A stretch of DNA of 32,175 nucleotides from Octopus sinensis (GCF_006345805.1 NW_021832820.1:1-32175); one strand, 5' to 3'. Positions 1 to 11,687 are shown, counted from the stretch's first letter. A program made the numbers and translations. The notes: generated from the letters alone by a model not told the origin.

Positions 1-484
1 TTGGTTAAATATTCAACCAATCGTTTGTTTAACGTGCAGTTTAAACAATCAATCGGTTGTTTTTAGTCAAAGTTCGCGACCTTTTCAGTGATTTAGTATA
101 TTCCCCCTCTCATCAAAGGTCTGCTCTACGCCTGTATGTATGCATGCTCACATGTGCATGTAGGTAGATATTTGACTAACAACTGTTTGATATCTGTTTA
201 TCCATCACATTAAACAATCTGTTGAATAGATTTTTAACCACTCGACTACATAGAGAAGTGGAAATGAGTCTGTGCGTGTGTTATTATTGGCAAATGACTC
301 TCCCATGACACGACAAAACTATAATCATAATCTACTCAGCTTTGATCTTTCTATCTCTATTTCAAATATAACCCTGGTAACAATGATTTTTGTCCTTGGC
401 TAGTAATTGTTATTTCCTATTTGCTTACCCCTGGAAAGTTTGAAAAATGGCTAATGTGTCCTTCAAACGTTGCTTCTATTACAT

Positions 485-652
485 TTATTCAAACCTCAAA
501 GAAGCTCTCTCAGCACATGGCTATGATGCTCCTCCACTACTACTGCTCATGATCTGAGATACACATATAGTCATCCAGTAAGGCACATGTTCAAGTGATT
601 ACAGTCAAGCAACTGACAAAGCAAATCTGTGGGATTGTGCATAATATTTGCC
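485..652 (-). mobile_element. Diverged internal fragment of the (AAT)n-tailed retroposon family D
   Basis: The reverse complement aligns by eye with 26683-26850 (GCAAATATT..CCACAGATTTGC..GAGCATCATAGCCATGTG..GAATAA). Confidence 0.75.
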
Positions 653-1035
653 ATAACGATATTTCTGCTTCAGCAACTCGGTGCTGAAATGTAATTGAAA
701 ATGGGTCAGTTTCAAAACATTGCTGTCCATGTGACAAGAGCAAATGTGAAGAGAACAGTAGTCATTTCCTTTGATTTCTAGATAGAAGCAAATAAGAAAT
801 AACGCTTACTGACCAAAGACAAGGAAATCTGTGGTCCTGAGCAGAATATTTGCTATAATGATATTTCTGCTTCAGCAACTCAGCGTTGAGTCTGTCTGAA
901 ATGTAATGGAAAATAGGTTAGTTACAAAACATTGATGTCTGGGTCACAAAAGCAAAGTTTGAAGGGAATGGTAGTCATTTCCTTTGATTTTCTAGATAGG
1001 AGCAAGTAAGCAATAATACTTACTGGCCAAAGGGA
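623..1035. repeat. Diverged ~200-bp tandem duplication (623-824 and 825-1035), with an inverted partial third copy at 385-485
   Basis: Shared blocks include GATATTTCTGCTTCAGCAACTC, CTGAAATGTAAT and TAGTCATTTCCTTTGATTT. Confidence 0.8.
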
Positions 1036-1450
1036 GAAAAAAAGAATCGAAACATTTTGTTACAATGTGTAACATATCAAGACAACATCACTCAATATAT
1101 CACTTTTTTCTAGAACTATAAGATAAGGGTTCTGGGAGATTCCCTTACTACTTCTATCGAGGAATTTCTGGTTATAATTCCAGTTCTAATTATTGATGGT
1201 TTTAGCGGTTGTAGTATTATTACTGAAACGGTGGTGGAATTTTGTTGTATGATTGGCCCTATTGCAAAGAGAGGGAGCCACCAGCAAGTTATGTAGTTTT
1301 TATTTAATTTTTTTAGTACATTATTTCATTTATTTTTATTTATTTATTGAAAATGGCTTCAAATCTTTCATCGACTCCAAAGTAATGCAACCAGGAAGAG
1401 TTGTTTTAAGTCAGTGATTAATTTATGGCGTGCTCTCATCTTTCCCATTA

Positions 1451-1458
1451 TGTATGTA

Positions 1459-1505
<47 letters not shown>

Positions 1506-2222
1506 ATATGTATATATATATATGTATATATATACATACATATATACATACATACATACATACATATATACATACATACATACATACATATATACATATA
1601 CATACATACATATATACATACATACATATATACATATACATACATATATACATATACATACATACATACATATACATACATACATATATACATATACATA
1701 CATACATATATACATATACATACATGCATATATATATGTATATATATATATACATATATGTGTATATATATATACATGATGCATATATGTATATACGCAC
1801 ACACCTACGTGAGAACACACACACATACATATACATGTATATATGTGTATGTGTGTGTGTATGTATTTATATGTATGTGTGTGTATATATGTGTGTGTGT
1901 GTTTACATATATATATTTACACACGCATATATTTGCCAACACACACACACACACATATATTAATGTGTGTGTGTGTTGGCAAATATATACTTCCACATAC
2001 ATATGTTTATATGTATGTATATATATGTATACCTGTATATGTGTATATGTATGTATGTATTTATGCATGCATACATGTATGTGTCTATGTAATGCATGTA
2101 TATTTGTATGTATGCGTGCATGCTCCTATGTACGTTCGTACATTTGTGTGTACATATGTATGTATGTATTATGTATGCGTATATGTGTGTGTATGTGTGT
2201 GTATGTGTTTGTCTCTGTGTGC
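1451..2222. repeat. Compound TA/TACA/TG microsatellite
   Basis: Directly visible. Confidence 0.95.
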
Positions 2223-2439
2223 CTGTATTAACTAAAGAGAAAAAGAAAGATTTTGTGTATTTACGTTTTGGCGAGAGAACGTTTATCTCGACGGCAGATA
2301 AGGTTTGAGATCAACCGATAAGATAGGCTCTGCAAGGCAACCATTAAATAAAGCACCAGGACCGTGTACCACGTGTTACCCACAATGCATTGGGCTCGTG
2401 TTACTCTAGTTTATAACTTAAATCCCAAGAGTGATTATT

Positions 2440-2920
2440 GTACATACATACAGACACACATGCATTCATATATATATATACTTAAATAAATACATACATA
2501 CACACGAGACATATATACATACATTCATATGATAAATATGTTGATACATATATACACACCTACACACACACACACACACACGTAAATACATCTATATACA
2601 TACATGCCTATAAACACATACGTGTGTGTGTGTGTGTGTATATATTATATAGTATATATATATATATATATTATATATATATACACACATGCATACATAT
2701 ATATCTATAAGTATATACATATATCTGTGTATGTATGTATATATATATATATTAGTATGTATATATATATATATTAATATGCATATATATATATATATAT
2801 ATATATAACACACACACACGCATATGTCCGTATATGTGAGGGAGAGGGAGTTGTGTGCGTTTGTGTGTGTTTGTATATGTGTAAATGTATGTGTATGTGG
2901 TCGGGTGTCTGTATGTGTAT
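2440..2920. repeat. Compound CA/TA/TG microsatellite
   Basis: Directly visible. Confidence 0.9.
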
Positions 2921-3087
2921 TATAGTTTCCCTCCATTTTGTGTTGAATTTTCTTTACGATAAGAGAAAGATATGACAAAATCTGAGTATTAATTACTTCA
3001 GAAGCTGTACCTCACTAAAACTGGTATCGTGAACAAAGATACGGGACAGACGCCATCTTTGAAAATAAAAGCTTAAAGTACACATTA

Positions 3088-3113
3088 GTTATATATATAT
3101 ATATGTATATATC

Positions 3114-3174
<61 letters not shown>

Positions 3175-4026
3175 TTATTTATATATATATTTATTTATAT
3201 ATATATTTTATTTATATATATTTATTATATATTTTATTTATATATTTTATATATATATACGTATTTATATATATATTTATTTATCTATTTATATATATAT
3301 TTATATATATATTTATTTATATATATTTATATATATATACGTATTTATATATATATTTATATATATATTTTATATATATTTTATATATATTTATTATTTT
3401 ATATATATTTATATATATATTTATATATATATTATATATATTATTTTATATATATATATTATATATATATTTATTTATATATATATATATTATATATTTA
3501 TATTTAGATATATATATATATATATATTTTAATTTTAATATTATATATATATATTTATATATATATATTTTATATATATATATATTTATATATATATATA
3601 TTATATATATATATATATATTATATTTATATATTTATATATATTTATTTATATATATATATATTAATATATATATATATTATATATATATATATTTATAT
3701 TATCTATTTATATATATTTATATATCTATAATTTATATATATATTTATATATATATTTTATATATATATATATATTTATATATATATTTATATTATATTT
3801 ATATGATATATATATATTTATATTTAATATATATTTATGTATAATTTATTATATATTTATATATAATTTATATATAATTTATGTATATATATATATTTTT
3901 ATATATAATATTTATATAAATTTATATATTATATATTTATATATATATTTATATATATATTTATATTATATTTATTATATATTTATTTATATATATATAT
4001 TTATATATATATTTAGATATATATAT
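3088..4026. repeat. Almost pure A/T degenerate (TA)n tract
   Basis: Directly visible. Confidence 0.97.
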
Positions 4027-4143
4027 TTGCAACACCTATCTGTGTTCGGTTTTGTCTTACACAGAGGCCATCCGGATTCCGTTTGCGCCGTGAACAGGAT
4101 TAATCTTCTCTCTTCGCTCTTATACGCCATTTGGTCTCAATCT
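4027..4143 (+). pseudogene. Frameshifted C-terminal remnant of a Penelope GIY-YIG endonuclease
   Basis: Three-frame join gives RLRREQDLIFSLRSYTPFGLN; the upstream part is lost in the AT tract. Confidence 0.7.
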
Positions 4144-4450
4144 CTCCCCCCCTCCTCATCTAACCCCCCTCTCCCCCTCCTCACCTATCCTTTCTCCCCC
4201 CGACCCCACTTCTTCAGTCCTTCATCCTTTCACCCCTACTCCCTTCCCTTCTTCCCTCTTCTCCCTCCCTCTTCCTCTTCCCTCTGCTCCCTCACTCCCT
4301 CTCTCCCCTTCTCTCTCCCCTCTCCCTCTTTCCTCCTTCATCCCTCTCCTCCCCTTCCTTCTCCCCATCCTCTCCTCTTCACCCTCCCCCTCCCCCTCTT
4401 CTTCCCCTCCCCTTCTCCCCCCTCTTCTCCCCTCCCCCTCTTCTCCTCAC
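4141..4450. repeat. Polypyrimidine (CT/CCCT) tract within the Penelope-like UTR
   Basis: Directly visible; the minus strand has many GGG(G) runs. Confidence 0.9.
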
Positions 4451-4489
4451 TACACCACATGACTTTACACATCACATCACATATGATGT

Positions 4490-4830
4490 CCATACTAATA
4501 CACACACCAACTAATACATACTAATCCGTACTAATACATACTAGTACATACTAATACTTACACCAACCCTATACATACACACGTCCAGACCCCGCATACG
4601 CACTTATACTCTCTCACACACCCACACACAACCACCTATACATACCAATACGTTAATACATACTAATACATACTAATACATACACCAACCCCATACATAC
4701 GCACGTCCAGACCAATCCCACGCACTAATACTCTCTCATACCACACACACACACACACACACCCCTTATACATACTATACATACACCACCTATACATACC
4801 ATCCAGACCCCTCCCACGCACTTTTAGCTT
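4490..4830 (+). repeat. Imperfect tandem repeats in the Penelope-like 3' UTR (ACTAATACAT units and ~3 copies of a CACCAACCCTATACATAC..GTCCAGACC..CACGCAC unit)
   Basis: Related copies start at ~4561, ~4683 and ~4785. Confidence 0.7.
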
Positions 4831-4980
4831 GTCCCTCAACCCTATATCTCCCCTTATTTCGCTCTCGCGTCTCATGTTTGATCTTTGACCTCTGGCTGAA
4901 ATCAGATCGCCATGTTGATTCGTTAGCTACTGCACGCATTTTTTTTCTCTCCTTCTTTCTGTTTTTTCTCTCTCTGTGTA

Positions 4981-5018
4981 TCTTTCTGTTGAAGAGCGTA
5001 GGCTCGAAACGTTAAAGA
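4981..5018 (+). ncRNA. Minimal type I hammerhead ribozyme motif (variant core CUGUUGA), activity untested
   Basis: Stem I TCTTT(4981-85)/AAAGA(5014-18); core CTGTTGA(4986-92) plus extra A; stem II GAGC-gtag-GCTC (4994-5005); GAAA (5006-09); minimal palindromic stem III (AACGTT, 5008-13); GUU cleavage triplet (5011-13). Confidence 0.6.
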
Positions 5019-5121
5019 CTTGTTTTATTTATATTTCCTGAGCGCCATACTAATACAAATTGTTCGTTTGTTTTCCCCCTGCCATCGTCTTTTGTTTATT
5101 TTCATAAAGCTTCCCGTTATT

Positions 5122-5657
5122 TTATATATATATATTTATATATATTTTTATATATATATTTATATATATATATTTTATATATTTATATATTTATATATAT
5201 ATTTATATATATATTTTATATATTTATATATATATTTATATATTTATATATTTTATATTTATATATATATATATTTATATATATATTTTATATATTTAAT
5301 ATATATTTATATAGATATTTAGATTTTAATATATATTGATATATATAATTATATATTTATATATATATTTTATATATATTTAATATATATATATTTATAT
5401 ATATATATATTTATATATATATATATTTATATATATATATATTTATATATATATATATTTAATATATATATATTTATATATATATATTATTTATATATAT
5501 ATATTTATATATATATATTTTATATATATATATTTATATATATATATATTTATATATATATATATTTATATATATATATTTATTTATATATATTTTATAT
5601 ATATATATATTTATATATATATATATTTAATATATATATATTTATATTATATATATT

Positions 5658-5706
<49 letters not shown>

Positions 5707-5725
5707 ATTTTATATATATATATAT

Positions 5726-5792
<67 letters not shown>

Positions 5793-6582
5793 ATTTATAT
5801 ATATATATATTTATATATATATATATTATATATATATATATTTATAATATATATATTTATATATATATATATTTTATATATACTATATTATATATAATAT
5901 ATTTATATATCTATATTTTTATATATATATATTTATAATATATATATTTATATATATATATTATTTATATATAATTATTTATATATATATATTTATATAT
6001 ATATATATTTATCTTATATATATTTATATATATATATATTTATATATATATATATTTATATATATATATTTATATATATATATAAATTTATATATATCTA
6101 TATTTATTATATAATATTTTATATTTATATATATATATTTATATAATATATTTATATATTTATATATATATTTATATATTTATTAATATTTTATATATTT
6201 ATATATATATTTATATAATATTATATATTTATATATATTTTATATATTATATATAATATTATATAAATATCTTTATATTATATATATATTTATATATATA
6301 TATATATATTTTATATATATATATTTTTAATATTATTTATTATACATTATATTTAGATATATATTTATATTATACCATATATTTATTATATATATATATA
6401 TTTATATATATATATCTATTTTATATATATATTTATATAACCTAGATATTTATATATAATATATATATATTTATATATATATATTTATATATAATATATA
6501 TATTTTTATATATATATATTGTTATATATATAATTTATTATAATTTTTACATTACATATATTTTATATTATCTATATATATT

Positions 6583-6613
<31 letters not shown>

Positions 6614-6803
6614 TTATATATATTATTTATAATATCTATAATAATATATATATAATTTATATATTTATATATATTTTAATAGTTAATATATATTTATATA
6701 TTTTGTATATATATTATATATATATTTATATATTTGTATATATATTTGTATATATGTTATATATTTGTATATATATTTGTATGTATATATGTATGTATAT
6801 ATG

Positions 6804-6844
<41 letters not shown>

Positions 6845-7818
6845 ATATATGTGTATATATATGTGTATATATATGTGTGTATATGTGTGTGTATATGTGT
6901 GTATATATGTGTGTATATGTGTGTATATATGTGTGTATATATGTGTGTATATATGTGTGTATATATGTGTGTATATATGTGTGTGTATATGTGTGTGTGT
7001 ATATGTGTGTGTATATATGTGTGTGTATATGTATGTATATATGTGTGTGTATATGTATGTATATATGTGTGTGTATATGTATGTATATATGTGTGTGTAT
7101 ATGTATGTATATATGTGTGTGTATATGTATGTATATATGTGTGTGTATATGTATGTATATATGTGTGTGTATATGTATGTATATATGTGTGTGTATATGT
7201 ATGTATATATGTGTGTATATATGTATGTATGTATATATGTGTGTATATATGTATATATATGTGTGTATATATTGTATCTATATGTGTGTATATATGTATG
7301 TATATATGGTGTATATATGTATATATATATGGTATATCTGTATATATATGTGTATATATATATATATTATATGTGTGTTATCTATGTGTGTGCTATATGT
7401 ATAGCAAATATATGTGTGTGCATCTATGTATATATATATGTGTGCATATATGTATATATATATGTGTGCATATATGTATATATATGTGTGCATATATGTA
7501 TATATATATGTGTGCATATATGTATATATATATGTGTGCATATATGTATATATATATGTGTGCATATATGTATATATATGTGTGCATATATGTATATATA
7601 TATGTGTGCATATATGTATATATATGTGTGTATATATATATGTGTGTATATATATATATGTGTATATATATATGTGTGTATATATGTATGTATATATGTG
7701 TGTATATATATATATGTGTGTATATATATATGTGTGTATATATATATGTGTGTATATATATATGTGTATATATATGTGTGTATACACACACACACACACA
7801 CACATAGATAGATAGATA
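5122..7818. repeat. 2.7-kb compound tract: A/T-only (5122-~6695), then TG/TATG-derived blocks with higher-order units
   Basis: Directly visible. Confidence 0.97.
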
Positions 7819-7830
7819 TCACGAGAAAGT

Positions 7831-7892
7831 TCTTCAAGGCGGTACCCCAGCATGGCTGCAGTCTAGTGACTGAAACAAGTAAAAATTAAAAA
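7831..7892 (+). mobile_element. SINE group 2, 3'-terminal fragment
   Basis: AAGGCGGTACCCCAGCATGGCTGCAGTCTAGTGACTGAAACAAGTAAAA matches 15429-15480. Confidence 0.75.
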
Positions 7893-8732
7893 GATTTTTA
7901 AAAAAGTGAATAAAACTGATGAAATCGTTTCACTTTGTAATTTAATTGTTGTCTCATTTACAGTAGAATACTATCGCCTGTTCATACGTAAGACTAAAGT
8001 GTAGAGTTAGCTTAACATATGTAGGCATAGTTACGTAGTTAAATACAAAGGATATCATTTGTTTTATTCCTAATGAAGTGAGACTAAATTCATAGGAATA
8101 CAACTCTGCATTATTTATTTATTCCCAACGCACATTGAATTGGTGTTCTAGTAATAATTTATGATACAACTAATGTGTGTATTTAACTAGAGACCAATAA
8201 AAAGAGGACTTGCCTGTTCCACTGTCCCCTCGTCACACACACACACACACACACACACCTACATACGCGACTGGATTAGGTTTTCCAAGCTCTGTCGCAC
8301 AATCTGTTCACCGCCACGCTTCCTTCAATTGTCACTCTATCGGCTTAACAATGGGTGAAACAGATGTGTGGGTGCGATTGGTTTGTCCGATCATAATTGA
8401 TCCAAGGTTACAAAACAGCTCATACAAACAGATAAACTAAGTGTTACTTCATCCAGTCTTCAACACCCACACGAAGAACCTCGAGGCAGTTTTTGACAGC
8501 ATCCCTAAAACGTTTCTTAGGTTTGTGTCTCGAACGTTTACCACGTTGCAACTCCCCGTAAGATGACTGCTTAGATAACTTGTGCGTGTGTTATTCGTAT
8601 AAATATAAGAATGTTGATAAGGTGCTCATAAAAGGGTGAGTGTGCGTTGTACATGTGTTCGCAGACGCGCTTAAGATAACATCGGGTGTGGGTTTGGAGA
8701 TCTGAGGTGTATGGCCTTGAGCGAAAGTGTGT

Positions 8733-8777
<45 letters not shown>

Positions 8778-9249
8778 GTGTGTGTGTGTGTGATATGAGT
8801 CAGGACTAGTTTCTTTCTGTGTTAGTAGGGTGGGTTTTCTTCTATGCGTGCAGAGGATGGTAGGGTGTGCAGTTTCATGTTGGTCGGTATAAAGATGATA
8901 AAATGCGGAAGACATATTGAAGGAAGGAATTTAAGCAAAAAGGCATGAAAATTTGTAGAAAGAAGATGAGCTCTAGTTTCTTCTGAAAATGAGAAACTTG
9001 TTCGAACGTATCCGTTTTCTTTTAACTCTTTAATACTTCTTTACTGGATGACAAATTCAAAGACTATCTGTTACACCATTCCGATCATCATTTGCTGCCT
9101 ACTACAAAATAAGGCAACTATTATTCCAAATTAAACATAAGGAACTAGTACGGAAATATGGACAAATCTTTATTAAAACATTGCTGAAACTCGAATACAG
9201 TTGTCTTCAGTATAACAGGTTTATGTATTTGATAGAAACGCTGGTCTCT

Positions 9250-9690
9250 ACATACATGCATACATATTGGCACTCATACACATTTACGTGTGTGTATATG
9301 CAAGCGTGTATGTATCTGCGAACGTGTGAGTATATATATATATATATGTGTGTATACATACATGTATGTATATGTATATCTATCTATATGTATATGTGTG
9401 TGTGTGTGCATGTACATGTATCATATGTAGATATATATGTGCGTGTATATATGTATGTATAAATACATATATATATATACATACATATATATATGCCCAT
9501 ATATTTACACATACATATATATATATACATACATACATATATATACAATCATATATATATATATATATATATGCATACATTTACACATGCACACACTTTC
9601 AAACAGTTTGTGAGAGTAGTGTAGAAGGAGGAGGAGGAGAAGAAGAAGATGTTGATGATCATGATGATCATGATGATGATGATTGGGCAA
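9250..9690. repeat. Compound TA/TG/CA microsatellite followed by GGA/GAA/GAT trinucleotides
   Basis: Directly visible. Confidence 0.85.
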
Positions 9691-9999
9691 AACTGTAGAG
9701 AGATAAAGAAACCCATCCGCACAGACAGCAGACACTCGTTGGCTGACAATAGCCGGAAGATGGCTAAATAAATTAAAATAATATTCATGTGGACATCATG
9801 TCGACAAGTGACTGATGTTGGAATGGCGGAGAAGAGAAAAGATTCGCTGCTGCTCGGGCGACATCACGAGAGAGCGGACGAGAAGTGAATTGAAATTAAT
9901 AAAAAGAAAAAGAGGGAGGGGGGAATAGAGAGGGAGAGAGAAAGAGAGAGAACGACATGGGGTTGTTTGTAATTGTTTGGAGGGACATGTGTGAGTGTA

Positions 10000-10202
10000 C
10001 GGCGTGTATAATGTGGTTGTGTGCATATGTATATTCATTTTATGTGTGAGTGTGTGTGTGTGTGTGTGCTTGTGGTTATGTGTACGTATGTATACTTGTG
10101 CATATAGACACACACATATATATATACATGCATACATACATATGTATATGTGCATATTTCTACATCTGTTTCTTAATATATATGTGTGTGTGTGTGTGTG
10201 TG
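10000..10202. repeat. TG/TA compound microsatellite
   Basis: Directly visible. Confidence 0.85.
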
Positions 10203-10332
10203 TAAAAATTTATTTCAAGATTCTTTGTCAATAGAGAAAGAGCCGGTTTCCAACCTAGATCCAGGGTTCCTTCATTGGAATTTTAACATCAACAACAGGA
10301 TTTTTTTGGAATGTATGTATGTATGTATGTAT

Positions 10333-10835
10333 GCATGGAGAAGGATTGTGCGTGAGGGGACAGCTACTTTTGGGAAATCTCGAGTTGCGCATGAGAAAGT
10401 AAGGAAGGATGTCAGGAAGGGCATCGCTGTTACGCTTCCAGATGGGAAGGGTCTTCCAATGATGCTGACATACTGTGTCTGTGCAAGACCCTGCCTCAGT
10501 AAAGCTGGACTCAAGAGTCATCTTCGTAGTCATAAAGCGAGACAGATGAGTGACAACCTGGCCACTGGTGATGGTGTAACACACCATACTAATCATATCT
10601 GCCAGGCATGTGGAAGAGAGTGTAATTCGGCAGGAGGACTTAAACGACATGCAAAGGTACATGAAGCCCAGTTACAACTACAGCCGGCTATTACCGGTAA
10701 AGGTTTTAGTTGCCAATTCTGTACAAGACATTGTAGGTCTTTAGCTGGGCTAAAAAGTCACATTCGATCACAGCACCAATAACAGTTAAGCTTCGTGCAA
10801 TGGCCATACTCGATAACGTGGGGGCAGCCATCATG
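10333..10835 (+). mobile_element. 5'-truncated RTE-clade LINE 3' end (ORF C-terminus with three C2H2 zinc fingers and a short 3' UTR)
   Basis: Open frame 10333-10782 reads AWRRIVREGTATFGKSRVAHEKVRKDVRK..., resembling the RTE WR..V..G...F...R motif. It continues into CVCARPCLSKAGLKSHLRSH, CQACGRECNSAGGLKRHAKVH and CQFCTRHCRSLAGLKSHIRSQH. The 3' UTR is ~50 bp (ATGGCCATACTCGATAACG...). There is (ATGT)n on the left and ATGTATG on the right. Confidence 0.7.
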
Positions 10836-10909
10836 TATGCTAGACCACTGGTTTTAAATTGATATTAATCAAATTAATATTACATTTTTCACCCTTATTA
10901 TTTTAAATA

Positions 10910-11057
10910 TGTGTGTGTGTGTGTGTGTACACATGTACACACACAAACGCTCACATTTATATAAATACATAGATATATGCATGTATTGTATATGTATAAG
11001 TATGTATGTATGTATGTATGTATGTATGTATGTATGTATGTATGTATGTATGTATGT
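10910..11057. repeat. TG/CA and (TATG)n microsatellite
   Basis: Directly visible. Confidence 0.9.
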
Positions 11058-11207
11058 ACCTCCCTCTCTTTTTCTCTTCCTCTCAAACAACTTCCAATCA
11101 CGGAATAATCCACCCAACTCTTCAGTCAATAACTGTTATTCTCTACGTAATAAAAATTTAAAAACAAAAAAGACTTTTTCTTTAGCTGAGTTACATTACT
11201 TAAAGCA

Positions 11208-11537
11208 GTGAGGGCGCGCCATCTAGTGGTAAGAGTGTTGCACTCACAATAGCGGTGTTGCACTCACGATCGTGTTGTTGCACTCACAATTGCGGTGTTG
11301 CACTCACGGGCGATGCCTTGTGTTCTGAAGCAAAGTACTTCTTGTTACTCTGCGATCATTTCCACATCTGACGTGTGGCAGACGATGCAACTGTTCGGGA
11401 ACGCTCAATTTGACGAAGAGAGGGAGCTAAGGGCCAACACATACATCTGATGATCGCAGTAAAACAAGTCACTTGAACAGCTTGTTCAGCAACAAATTGC
11501 AGAACCGTCTTTCACAGGACTACGGGAATCTGTCACC
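11208..11537 (+). mobile_element. SINE group 3-like copy with a quadruplicated anticodon-arm segment and a third tail (Z)
   Basis: Head GAGGGCGCGCCATCTAGTGGTAAGAGTGTTGCACTC, then core TTGTGTTCTGAAGCAAAGTACTT. The 3' boundary is from recalled consensus only. Confidence 0.65.
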
Positions 11538-11684
11538 ATATTGTTTAAAACTTCGGTGCTTCTAGAAGCCGTTACAGACGAAACCCGAAGTCCCACTCAG
11601 TATTCAATCCATTTAATGCAAAGACTTTCAACCCTTAGTAAATGTTTAACTATTTTCCCACAAGTTGATCAATAATGGCAAATA

Positions 11685-11687
<3 letters not shown>

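Larger units (their letters stand above)
4027..5115 (+). mobile_element. 3' fragment of a Penelope-like retroelement (GIY-YIG C-terminus, low-complexity 3' UTR, hammerhead-bearing terminal region)
   Basis: Manual translation of 4030-4141, restoring two 1-bp homopolymer deletions (at ~4080 and ~4100), gives QHLSVFGFVLHRGHPDS-RLRREQD-LIFSLRSYTPFGLN. This fits the R..E..I..L....P.GLN C-terminal motif of Penelope GIY-YIG endonucleases. It is followed by a CT-rich tract, imperfect repeats and a hammerhead-like motif, and is flanked on both sides by AT microsatellite. Confidence 0.75.

Noticed and set aside
1-60. Two short inverted repeats (TTGGTT/AACCAA and TTGTTTAA/TTAAACAA)
   Set aside because: They are short, AT-rich and at the window edge, so chance cannot be excluded.
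4027-4524. 165-aa proline/serine-rich ORF
   Set aside because: Only the first ~17 codons are in the real (Penelope) frame; the rest is a translated CT tract.
1368-7853. Many long ORFs (up to 357 aa) rich in Y/I/C/V/M/H/T
   Set aside because: They are translations of TA/TG/CA microsatellites, which lack stop codons in several frames. The same applies to similar ORFs across the window.
9598-9693. Possible minus-strand exon after a strong acceptor (TTTCTTTATCTCTCTACAG)
   Set aside because: The content is trinucleotide repeat, the donor is weak (GTGTGT from a microsatellite) and there is no partner exon.
10234-10306. Segment recalled as a short octopus interspersed repeat
   Set aside because: There is no second copy in the window, so it cannot be supported from the sequence.
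10186-10782. 198-aa ORF as a host C2H2 zinc-finger gene
   Set aside because: The first 49 codons are microsatellite and unrelated sequence, the linkers are not TGEKP, and the pre-finger segment and short 3' end resemble an RTE LINE. It is kept as a mobile element.
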